Positions 15,344 through 22,986 of a stretch of 32,000 bases of DNA are shown piece by piece. The notes beneath the pieces are model-generated. The model was not told the DNA's origin, made no database searches, and saw nothing but the letters and a program-made list of their open reading frames with translations. Positions within the stretch are counted from its first letter, which is position 1. Each line of letters starts with the position of its first letter. A program made the position numbers and the translations under genes. Source of the DNA: Streptomyces sp. NPDC041068 (GTDB taxonomy: Bacteria > Actinomycetota > Actinomycetes > Streptomycetales > Streptomycetaceae). The stretch lies in assembly GCF_040647455.1 (NCBI RefSeq), contig NZ_JBEZCG010000012.1:315498-347497 (forward strand). The letters run 5' to 3'.

Positions 15344-16873
15344 ATGCCGCACGGAGCCCCGCACGAAGGCCCGGTCGCCGGGGAGCCCCCGATGCCCAAG
15401 AGCGGGCGGTGGGCGATGCTCGCCGTCCTGTGCGCCAGCCTCCTGCTGGTCGCCATGGACGCCACGATCCTCAACGTCGCCCTGCCGTCCCTCATCGACG
15501 ACATGCGCCCCAGCGCCCTGGCGCAGCTGTGGATCATCGACATCTACGGCCTGGTCCTCGGCGGTCTGCTCGTCGCCACCGGCGCCATCGGCGACCGCTA
15601 CGGCCGCAAGCGCCTGTTCGTCATCGGCTTCGTCCTCTTCGGCGTCGCCTCCGTGGTGGCCGCGACCGCGACGACATCCGGTCAACTCATCGCCGGGCGC
15701 GTGCTGTTGGGCATCGGTGGAGCCATGGTGATGCCCAGCACACTCTCCCTGATCAGAAACATCTTCGAGGACCCGCGGGAACGCACCCTGGCCATCGGCA
15801 TCTGGGCCGCCGTCGCCGGGGCGGGCGCGGCCGTCGGGCCCCTGATCGGCGGTGCGCTCGTCGGCGCGTACGGCTGGTCGGCGGCCTTCTGGGTCAACGT
15901 GCCCGTCGTCGTGATCACCGTGATCGCGGCCGTCCGTCTCCTGCCCGAGTTCAAGGCCGCCGGAAGCGGTCCGCCGGACTGGCCGAGCGCCGTCCTGTCC
16001 GTGCTCGGCGTCGTGTCGTTGGCCTGGGGCGTCAAGCACGTGGCCAAGGGCAGCCTGGCCGTCGGCGACATCCTCGTCCTCCTGCTGGGCATCGCCGTGC
16101 TCGCGCTGTTCGCACGCCGTCAACTGGGGCTCGCCGACCCGCTCCTGGACGTACGCCTCTTCGCGAACCGTGCCTTCACGGCCGCCGCCCTCGCCACGCT
16201 CATGGCCATGCTCGCCATCGGAGCGGCCCTGTTCCTGATCTCCCTGTGGCTCCAGTACGTCCACGGGTACTCGCCGTTCGCCGCGGGCCTGCGCACGCTC
16301 CCCGCGGCCCTCGCCACGCTCGCGGGCTCCCTGCTCGCGCCCCGCCTCATGGAGCGCGTCGGGGTCCGCGCGGTGATGGCGCTCGGTCTCACCGGGCTTT
16401 TCGTGGGGTTCCTCGTCCTCGCCCTGTCGCCCGAGCCCACCACCTATCCGTACGTCGCCGTCGTCCTCGTCGCCATCGGCCTGGGCGACGGCCTCGCCAT
16501 CACCGCGTCCGCCGCGACGCTGGTCTCGGCGGTCCCCGCCGAGCGGGCCGGGCAGGCGGGCGCGGTCTCCGAGACCAACTACGAACTCGGCGTCGGCCTG
16601 GGCGTCGCGATGCTCGGCTCCCTGCACGGAGCGGTGTACGCCAACCGCATGGCCGGCGAACCCGCCGCCGCGCGCGACTCGATCGGCGGCGCCTACGAGA
16701 AGTCCCGGGCGCTCGGCGGCGCGGAGGGCGAGCGGTTGATGGAGACGGCCCGCGGAGCCTTCGACAGCGCGCTGACCACCACGGCGTACGTCTCGGTCGC
16801 CATTGTCGCGGCCGTCACGCTGCTCGTCGTACGGCTGGTGCCGCGGGGGTTCAGGGCGGGTTCGGCGCACTGA
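15344..16873 (+). CDS. MFS transporter, DHA2 (EmrB/QacA-like, 14-TMS) type
   Basis: WAMLAVLCASLLLVAMDATILNVALPSL, GAIGDRYGRKRLFVIGF and many hydrophobic segments. I chose the ATG at 15344 because of the upstream GAGGGTGAGG. The alternative ATG 15 codons downstream (MPKSGRW) is equally possible. Confidence 0.8.
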   Translation: MPHGAPHEGPVAGEPPMPKSGRWAMLAVLCASLLLVAMDATILNVALPSLIDDMRPSALAQLWIIDIYGLVLGGLLVATGAIGDRYGRKRLFVIGFVLFGVASVVAATATTSGQLIAGRVLLGIGGAMVMPSTLSLIRNIFEDPRERTLAIGIWAAVAGAGAAVGPLIGGALVGAYGWSAAFWVNVPVVVITVIAAVRLLPEFKAAGSGPPDWPSAVLSVLGVVSLAWGVKHVAKGSLAVGDILVLLLGIAVLALFARRQLGLADPLLDVRLFANRAFTAAALATLMAMLAIGAALFLISLWLQYVHGYSPFAAGLRTLPAALATLAGSLLAPRLMERVGVRAVMALGLTGLFVGFLVLALSPEPTTYPYVAVVLVAIGLGDGLAITASAATLVSAVPAERAGQAGAVSETNYELGVGLGVAMLGSLHGAVYANRMAGEPAAARDSIGGAYEKSRALGGAEGERLMETARGAFDSALTTTAYVSVAIVAAVTLLVVRLVPRGFRAGSAH

Positions 16874-17023
16874 GGCCTCACCGCGCCCGGCCGCCCCGCT
16901 TTGCGGACGGAGTATGAAGATTCAACTGTCCTTGCCGGTGGGGGCATGGTACTCCGTCAGGTGGTGGCCGAATGTTGGCCCCTACAAGTACACGGCTCCT
17001 GAGTGGCATGTTTGCATGTGTCC

Positions 17024-18649
17024 ATGATCATTAACGAACAGCAGACAACCGAGCCGCGGACGTACGTGGACCGCATCCTGGGGCAGTGGGACAAGGACGA
17101 GGACGTCGAGGCACTCGTCCAAGGCACACAGCGGCTGACCCGGGGAGAGGCTCGGCAGCGGCTGTTCCGTCTGGGCCACGCGCTGCGCCGCCAGGGACTC
17201 GCGCCCGGCGACGGAGTGGGACTCTTCCTGGCCAACCGCGTGGACTCCGTCCTGGTGCAGCTCGCGGTCCATCTCATCGGCTGCCGCGTCGTGTTCCTGC
17301 CGCCCGAACCGGGCCCCGGCGAGCTCGCCGCCCTGGTCGAGCAGTCCCGGGCACGCGCCGTGGTCACCGACCCGCTCTTCGCGCGGCGGGCCGCCGACGC
17401 CGCCGGGCGCAGCGTCCACGCCCCCGTGCTGCTCGGCCTCGGGCCCTGCGAGGAGGAGTGTGCCGACCTGCTGGCCCTGGCGGACGAGTGCCCGGCGGAG
17501 CGCCCCGACGGCGTGCCCGCCCCGGCGGCGGACGAAGCCGTCACCGTCCTCTACACCGGCGGCACCCTGGGCCGCCCCAAGCTGGCCGCACACACCCACC
17601 GGCTCTACAACGTGCTGGTGGACCTGATCGATGACGCCCCGCAGGACCCCGACTTCACGGGCTTCTTCCCGACCATGGACCCGGGCACGGACCGGGTGCT
17701 CGTCTCCACGCTGCTCACCCACGGCAGCGGCCACCTCACCTCGCTCCAGGCGCTGGTGACAGGGTCCGCCCTCGTCGTGCTGCCCGAGTTCGAGGCGGGC
17801 GCCGCGCTGGAGGCGCTGCGCGAGGAGCGGATCACCGCCACCATGTTCGTCCCCCCGATGCTGTACGCGCTCCTCGACCACCCGGAGTGCGTGCCGGGCG
17901 CCCTGCCCGCGCTGCGCCGGATCGTCGTCGGCGGCGCGGCCTCCTCGCCCAGCCGCCTGCAGCAGACGGTCGAGGTCTTCGGTCCGGTGCTCAGCCAGGG
18001 CTACGGACAGTCGGAGGCGCTCGGCATCGCCGCGTTCGACGCGGAGGAGCTCGTCGAGAAGGGAGCCGAGCGGCCCGAGCTCTGGCGCAGCTGCGGCCGC
18101 GCGATAGCCGACACCGAGATCGAGATACGTGGCGAGGGCAGCACGGCGGCGCTGCCGGTGCGGCAGGTCGGCGAGGTGTGCGTCCGGGGCGAGACGGTGA
18201 TGCTCGGCTACTACGAGGACCCGGAGCGCACCGCGGAGGCACTGCGGGGCGGCTGGCTGCGCACCGGGGACATGGGCTACCTCGACGCCGAGGGCTACCT
18301 CTACCTCGTCGACCGGGCCAAGGACATCATCGTCACCGGCAGCACCAGCGACAACGTCTACTCCCGGGTCCTCGAGGACTTCCTGCTCACGCTCCCGGGA
18401 GTGCGCAACGCGGCGGCGCTCGGTGTCCCGGACGAGCAGTACGGGGAGGCCGTCCAGATCTTCCTGGCCACGGCCGAGGGCGCCGACGTCGACCCGGACG
18501 CGGTCGGCGCCGCGGTGACCGCCGAGCTGGGAGAGCTGTACACGCCCCGGAAGACGATCCTCCTCGACGCGCTGCCGACGACGAAGGTCGGCAAGGTGGA
18601 CAAGAAGGCCCTGCGCGCCGCGTGGGTGCCCACGCCTGCCGCGAGCTGA
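17024..18649 (+). CDS. AMP-binding acyl-CoA synthetase / adenylate-forming enzyme
   Basis: Motifs VLYTGGTLGRPK (A3 variant), GYGQSE, GWLRTGDMGYLDAEGYLYLVDRAKD, PTTKVGKVDKKAL. The ATG at 17024 (MIINEQ) could instead be 17003. Confidence 0.8.
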   Translation: MIINEQQTTEPRTYVDRILGQWDKDEDVEALVQGTQRLTRGEARQRLFRLGHALRRQGLAPGDGVGLFLANRVDSVLVQLAVHLIGCRVVFLPPEPGPGELAALVEQSRARAVVTDPLFARRAADAAGRSVHAPVLLGLGPCEEECADLLALADECPAERPDGVPAPAADEAVTVLYTGGTLGRPKLAAHTHRLYNVLVDLIDDAPQDPDFTGFFPTMDPGTDRVLVSTLLTHGSGHLTSLQALVTGSALVVLPEFEAGAALEALREERITATMFVPPMLYALLDHPECVPGALPALRRIVVGGAASSPSRLQQTVEVFGPVLSQGYGQSEALGIAAFDAEELVEKGAERPELWRSCGRAIADTEIEIRGEGSTAALPVRQVGEVCVRGETVMLGYYEDPERTAEALRGGWLRTGDMGYLDAEGYLYLVDRAKDIIVTGSTSDNVYSRVLEDFLLTLPGVRNAAALGVPDEQYGEAVQIFLATAEGADVDPDAVGAAVTAELGELYTPRKTILLDALPTTKVGKVDKKALRAAWVPTPAAS

Positions 18650-18733
18650 CCCCGCCGAGATGCCGCCAATCCGGCCGGGCGACCGCTACGAACCCCCTGC
18701 GACCAAGAGCCCATGGGCAGTAGGGAGTTACTC

Positions 18734-18961
18734 ATGAAGCGGAACACCACCACCTCGGGTCGCAGGCGGGTCAAGAGGTTCGCCGCGGCACTCGCCGCCG
18801 TCGGCGCCCTCGTGGGCGGCGGGCTCGCCATGGCGGCCCCGGCGAGCGCGGACACCTTCTGCGGAGCGACGGGGGACGGCGGCTTCGGGTGTGTGATCGA
18901 CCAGGGGGACGGAACGTTCAAGATGGTCAACAGCAACGGGGACATCGTCTACAACTGGTGA
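18734..18961 (+). CDS. Small secreted protein: 39-aa signal peptide plus 36-aa mature 2-Cys peptide
   Basis: ATG at 18734, preceded by AGGGAG with a 7-nt spacer. MKRNTTTSGRRRVKRFAAALAAVGALVGGGLAMAAPASA / DTFCGATGDGGFGCVIDQGDGTFKMVNSNGDIVYNW. Basic n-region, hydrophobic core, AxA cleavage motif. Followed by a strong hairpin. Confidence 0.6.
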   Translation: MKRNTTTSGRRRVKRFAAALAAVGALVGGGLAMAAPASADTFCGATGDGGFGCVIDQGDGTFKMVNSNGDIVYNW

Positions 18962-18967
18962 CCTGAC

Positions 18968-19013
18968 GACGGGCGGACCACGACCGGCTCCTGCCGGTGT
19001 GCGTCCGCCCGTC
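18968..19013. terminator. Bidirectional terminator hairpin between convergent genes
   Basis: Perfect 11-bp stem: gacgggcggac (18968-18978) and gtccgcccgtc (19003-19013), with a nested accggc/gccggt helix in the loop. It lies between the stops at 18961 (+) and 19037 (-). Confidence 0.55.
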
Positions 19014-19036
19014 CGCGTACCGAAATCAGTCCGAAC

Positions 19037-21892
19037 TCACCCGCGTACGTACGAGTTGATCGGCGAGAGCCCGGTCAGATCGACCTGCAGGCCGCGCAGC
19101 GCCGGTGAATACAGGTAGGTGCGCCGCGGCACGTACACCGGTACCGCCGCCGCCTGCTCCATCACCAGGCGGTTGACCTCGGACCACAGCTTGCCCGCCT
19201 CCTTGAGGTCCGCCGCGGCGTTCGCCGCGTCGATCGCCCGGTTCACCTTCTTGTCGTTGAGGCGGCTGTAATTGCTGGACGTCTCGGCGGAGTTGCGCCC
19301 GTCGAAGTAGTCGGGCAGGTAGGTGGAGGCGGTGGGCATGCCGCCGCCGACGGCCATGCGGAACATGTCGTACTTGCCGCGCGCCGCGTCGCTCCAGAAG
19401 GTGGTGGCCGGTACCTGCTTGACCGTCACCTTGAACCCGGCCTGCTCCAGGCCCGCCCGCACGGCTTCCGCGCGCTCCTTGTCCATTCTGGTCTCCGGGT
19501 GGGCGAGGGTGAGGCGGTAACCCATCTCGTCCGCCTCCTGGAGGAGCAGCCGGGCAGCCTGGGGGTCGCCGTTCTTGCCCGAGTGATGGACGTCGAAGTC
19601 GTGGGACCCGCGCACCCCCGGCGGCATCAGGTGAGAGATCGGACGGCCGTTCCCACCGCTCGCCTTGAGGACCTGGTCGCCGGGAAGCGCGGTGGCGATG
19701 GCCTTGCGTACGCCGAGGTTCTTCACCCTGGCCGTGTTGATGACGTACGACTGCGCGTACCAGGTGGGGAACTCGACGGACTTCGCGCTGCCCGCCGGAC
19801 CTCCCATGATGCCGGCCGGATCGTCGGTGCCGGTGAAGGTCATGAACGCCTCGCCTGCGGGCGCCGAGCCGATGCGGTGCCGGATCTCCTGGAGCTGCAG
19901 GCCGGTCTGGATCCGGTAGCCGTCGGGGTACGCGCTGCGCACCGGGTCGGTTTCCTTGCGCCAGTTGGGGTTGCGGGTGAGGGTGAGGTTCCTGGCGTCG
20001 GTGGTGTCGCTGATCTGGTACGGACCGGTGGACGGCACGGGCTCGGAACGGTCGGACCCGCCGGTGGTCCCCTCCGGGAGCGGCGCTCCCGTCGGTCCCG
20101 CGAGGGCGACGTTGAAGTCCCGGTGGACGCCTGCGAGATGGAAGACGATCGTGCGGTCGTCCGGCGTCTCGATCGCGCCCTTCCTCGGGGACTTGGCGTC
20201 GGCACCCTTGGGGCCGTACAGGAACGTGCGCAGGGTCCGGTCGCCGGTGGCCAGCTCCGGCCTGAGGGTGCGCTCGATGGCGTACCGGAAATCCTTGGAG
20301 CGCACGGGCGTTCCGTCGTTGTACTTGAGCCCGCTCTTCAGCCTGAACGTCCAGTCGCGGCCGTTGGTCGTGCGCCCCGCGCCCTCGGAGAGGTCGCCGA
20401 CGACCTTCACCGAACCGCCGGGTTCGGTCTTGAACGTGGTGAGTCCGCGGTGCACGAGGCGGGCGAGCTGGTGATCGGCGCTTGCGGGCCACATCAGGCC
20501 GGGGTCGAGCGAGGTGAACTCCTGCGGTTCGAGGACGGTGATCCTGCCTCCCTTGCGGGCGCCCTTGACGGCGGGGGCGGGGCCCTTGGACTCGGCCAGG
20601 GTGCCGAGGGTGAGGCCCTGCGTCATGGACTGGGTGACCCCGTCGCTCAGGACGTCGCCGCCGTCGTGAGAACTGCCGTTCCCCTGCCCCTTGGAGTCGT
20701 CCCGGCCGTCCTCCGACCCGTCGCCGAACGGATTGAAGATCGTGAGGGCGGTCACCAGCGCGCCCGCGGCCACCGCCACGACCGCACTCGTGCTCCAGAC
20801 CTTCGCCCGTGACCTGTCGGCCGGGCCGGAGGGGCTCACGAAGGTGACGGGGGAGGGGACTTGGTCGTACGGGGACGGGCCGGTGGCCGGGGGCGTCGAC
20901 GCTGCGGGGGCCGATGGTGCGGGGGCCGACGGCGTGGGAGCCGCGGTTGCGGCCGTCGGCGGGGCCTGCGGCATCGGGGGAAGCGGCGGCGCGAGGTTGT
21001 AGGAGGTGGGGGAGGCGGGCGTGGGCCGCGACGGGGCAGGGGCGCTCGGGTTGCGTGCGCCCAGGGCCTCCAGGGCGTCCCCAGCCTCCTTCGCGTCCGG
21101 CCGGTCGCCGGGCTGCTTGGCCAGCATCCGGCCGACCAGGTCGTCCCACTCGGGGGCGAGGTCCGGGCGGCGGGCCGACGGTCGGTCCGGGGTCTCGTAC
21201 ACATGGCCGTGCATCAGGGCGGCGGCGGAGTCCGCGTCGAACGGCGGTGTGCCCGTGAGGAGTTCGTGCACCATGCAGCCCAGCGAGTACACGTCGCAGC
21301 GGCCGTCGTGCGCGCCCCGCGTGAAGCGCTCCGGCGCCATGTAGTGCAGGGTGCCCACCGGAGCGTCGGCCGTGCCGGTCAGATATCCGGCCGTGGCGGT
21401 GGCGTCGAGGAACTTGGCGATGCCGAAGTCGAGGACCTTGACCGTGCCCTCGTCCGTCACCATCACGTTCGCCGGCTTGATGTCCCGGTGGACGATGCCC
21501 GCCCGGTGCGCGGTGGCCAGGGCCCGGCAGACCTGCGCGGAGATCACGGCGACCCGCTCGGGCGCCAGGGGCCCCGTCTCCAGGATCAACTCCCTTACGG
21601 TGCGCCCGGACAGCAGTGGCATCACCAGATACGGGACGCCGTCCGCGGACCCGTGGTCGAAGACCGGCACGATGTACGAGCTGTCGAGGGCCGCCGCGGC
21701 CCGTGCCTCGCGGACGAACATGGCGAGGAAGCGCTCCGCCTCGTCCGGTGTCGTTCCGCGCGGCGTGCTCAGGACCTTGACGGCGACGCGCCGCCGCAGC
21801 CGCGAGTCCTCGGCCCGCCACACCTCGCCCATGCCGCCCGCGCCGATGCGCTCCCCGAGCGTGTACCGGCCGTCCAGGACCGTGCCCTGCAT
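19037..21892 (-). CDS. Receptor Ser/Thr protein kinase fused to a family-5 (OppA/DppA-type) solute-binding ectodomain
   Basis: 951 aa. Kinase domain about nt 21062-21868 (GAGGMGEVW, VAVKVL, HRDIKPANV, DFGIAK, YMAPER). Pro/Ala-rich linker. One TM helix (VWSTSAVVAVAAGALVTALTIF, about 20735-20800). SBP_bac_5-like domain about 19040-20551 (..ITVLEPQEFTSLDPG.., ..GRDWTFRLKSGLKYNDGTPVRSKDFRYAIERT.., ..STGPYQI..LTRNPNW..). Confidence 0.9.
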   Translation of the reverse strand: MQGTVLDGRYTLGERIGAGGMGEVWRAEDSRLRRRVAVKVLSTPRGTTPDEAERFLAMFVREARAAAALDSSYIVPVFDHGSADGVPYLVMPLLSGRTVRELILETGPLAPERVAVISAQVCRALATAHRAGIVHRDIKPANVMVTDEGTVKVLDFGIAKFLDATATAGYLTGTADAPVGTLHYMAPERFTRGAHDGRCDVYSLGCMVHELLTGTPPFDADSAAALMHGHVYETPDRPSARRPDLAPEWDDLVGRMLAKQPGDRPDAKEAGDALEALGARNPSAPAPSRPTPASPTSYNLAPPLPPMPQAPPTAATAAPTPSAPAPSAPAASTPPATGPSPYDQVPSPVTFVSPSGPADRSRAKVWSTSAVVAVAAGALVTALTIFNPFGDGSEDGRDDSKGQGNGSSHDGGDVLSDGVTQSMTQGLTLGTLAESKGPAPAVKGARKGGRITVLEPQEFTSLDPGLMWPASADHQLARLVHRGLTTFKTEPGGSVKVVGDLSEGAGRTTNGRDWTFRLKSGLKYNDGTPVRSKDFRYAIERTLRPELATGDRTLRTFLYGPKGADAKSPRKGAIETPDDRTIVFHLAGVHRDFNVALAGPTGAPLPEGTTGGSDRSEPVPSTGPYQISDTTDARNLTLTRNPNWRKETDPVRSAYPDGYRIQTGLQLQEIRHRIGSAPAGEAFMTFTGTDDPAGIMGGPAGSAKSVEFPTWYAQSYVINTARVKNLGVRKAIATALPGDQVLKASGGNGRPISHLMPPGVRGSHDFDVHHSGKNGDPQAARLLLQEADEMGYRLTLAHPETRMDKERAEAVRAGLEQAGFKVTVKQVPATTFWSDAARGKYDMFRMAVGGGMPTASTYLPDYFDGRNSAETSSNYSRLNDKKVNRAIDAANAAADLKEAGKLWSEVNRLVMEQAAAVPVYVPRRTYLYSPALRGLQVDLTGLSPINSYVRG

Positions 21893-21973
21893 CCTCGCCT
21901 CCCCCGTCGACAGGGCTTCCTCGCCTGTCGTTGATCCTCAACCTACCGTCGGGAGGCGGGGGTTGTTCGCGCA

Positions 21974-22011
21974 GGGGCTTGTGCGGGGGCTTGTGCGGGG
22001 TTCGCGCGGGG
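21974..22011 (+). repeat. G-quadruplex-type motif built from a 12-nt tandem repeat
   Basis: GGGG cttgtgc GGGGG cttgtgc GGGG ttcgcgc GGGG: four G-runs of at least 4, each loop 7 nt. It lies in the divergent intergenic region between the kinase gene (-) and the membrane protein gene (+). Confidence 0.6.
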
Positions 22012-22183
22012 CCCGGCGGCCGAGCATGTGCGGGCGAACCCAGCGAGGTCCCGGCCGCGTACGGCATGGTGCACAGTGCTCCGGCGGTCCCGCGGCGGAT
22101 GCTGATGCCTCCCTGTGGAGGAGAGGCCCGTGAGTGATCCCGACCCCTGAGTGCCGCCGAGGCCGACGTCTGTCTCGGTAGGT

Positions 22184-22219
22184 GCCGCAGGGACCGTTGG
22201 CGCCGCAGGCACCGTTGGC
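22184..22219 (+). repeat. 18-bp tandem duplication (AAGTVG x2)
   Basis: gccgcagggaccgttggc (22184-22201) and gccgcaggcaccgttggc (22202-22219), 17/18 identical. Confidence 0.9.
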
Positions 22220-22728
22220 TCCGGAGGTGAGGCCGTTCCGGCCCCCGGGGTCATCGGCATCGGACTCGCCGCGGTGCTGATGTTCGCGCTCGCCCAGGGA
22301 TCGTGGCAGTGGTTCGCCACGTTCATCGGGGTGACGCTCCTCGCGGTGATGAACGCCTTCCAGCGACGGGCGCGGTGGACTCCGGACATCCGCTCGGCAT
22401 ACCTGTGAGGCCTGGTCGCGTACGCACTGGTCATCGGCCTGTGCACGGCCATCGCACTCGCACCCCTGCTGCAGCGCGAGGCCTGGCTGCTCCCGATGCC
22501 GGACACACGCGACACGTGCGGGCGGATGGGCCGCTACGAGGCGCTTCGGGCGAAGGCCGAGCTGGGGAACCTGGGCGGCAGCGACGGCGCCGCCCTCGCG
22601 TACGCGCAGGAGGTCCGGGCCGACGAGGCCGTCGCCGATCGTCTGTCGGCCACGACGACTCTGTGGCTGCCGGTGTACGGGCTGGGGGTGGCGGTGCTGG
22701 TGGGGACGGCCGCGTGGTTCCGGGACCG

Positions 22729-22788
22729 GTTCCAGTCCCGGTCCCAGTCCCGGTCCCGGTCCCAGTCCCAGTCCCAGTCCCAGTCCCG
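22729..22788 (+). repeat. Hexanucleotide microsatellite (GTCCCR) x10
   Basis: gttcca gtcccg gtccca gtcccg gtcccg gtccca gtccca gtccca gtccca gtcccg. It encodes (Q/R)S repeats in the gene frame, PV repeats in another + frame, and GT or DW repeats on the opposite strand. Confidence 0.95.
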
Positions 22789-22986
22789 GGACCGAGCCGG
22801 GGTCCGGCCGCTGGGCCGCTGAGGATATCGGGAGAAATCCCCATGATCCATACCATGAAGTTCACCCACCGTGATCGGCATTGAAGCCACGACATAGGCT
22901 GCTGCCGTGGTCGACCCGGGGGTTGACCAGGGGATCAGCGCATTCATGGGGACTCAGGGGATTTGGACAGCAGGGGGGAGCGGTCG

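Larger units (their letters stand above)
22151..22822 (+). pseudogene. 4-TM membrane protein gene interrupted by one in-frame TGA (22406-22408)
   Basis: ORFs 22151..22408 and 22496..22822 share a frame. The 29 codons between them (GLVAYALVIGLCTAIALAPLLQREAWLLP) are hydrophobic with 26/29 G/C at position 3, so they look coding. The 5' start is uncertain. Confidence 0.45.

Noticed and set aside
21931-22137. 68-aa ORF in the kinase/membrane-protein intergenic region
   Set aside because: Gly/Cys/Arg-rich translation of the G-rich repeat region, with no RBS and no coding periodicity. The G-run motif explains it better.
22406-22408. In-frame TGA as a selenocysteine codon
   Set aside because: I see no stem-loop (SECIS-like) in the 40 nt downstream, only a direct ctggtc repeat. 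There are no sel genes in the window and no redox motif around the position. A nonsense mutation or sequencing error is more economical.
22729-22788. Possible CRISPR array or other spaced repeat
   Set aside because: The units are contiguous 6-mers without spacers. No cas genes are present and no repeat-spacer architecture exists anywhere in the window.
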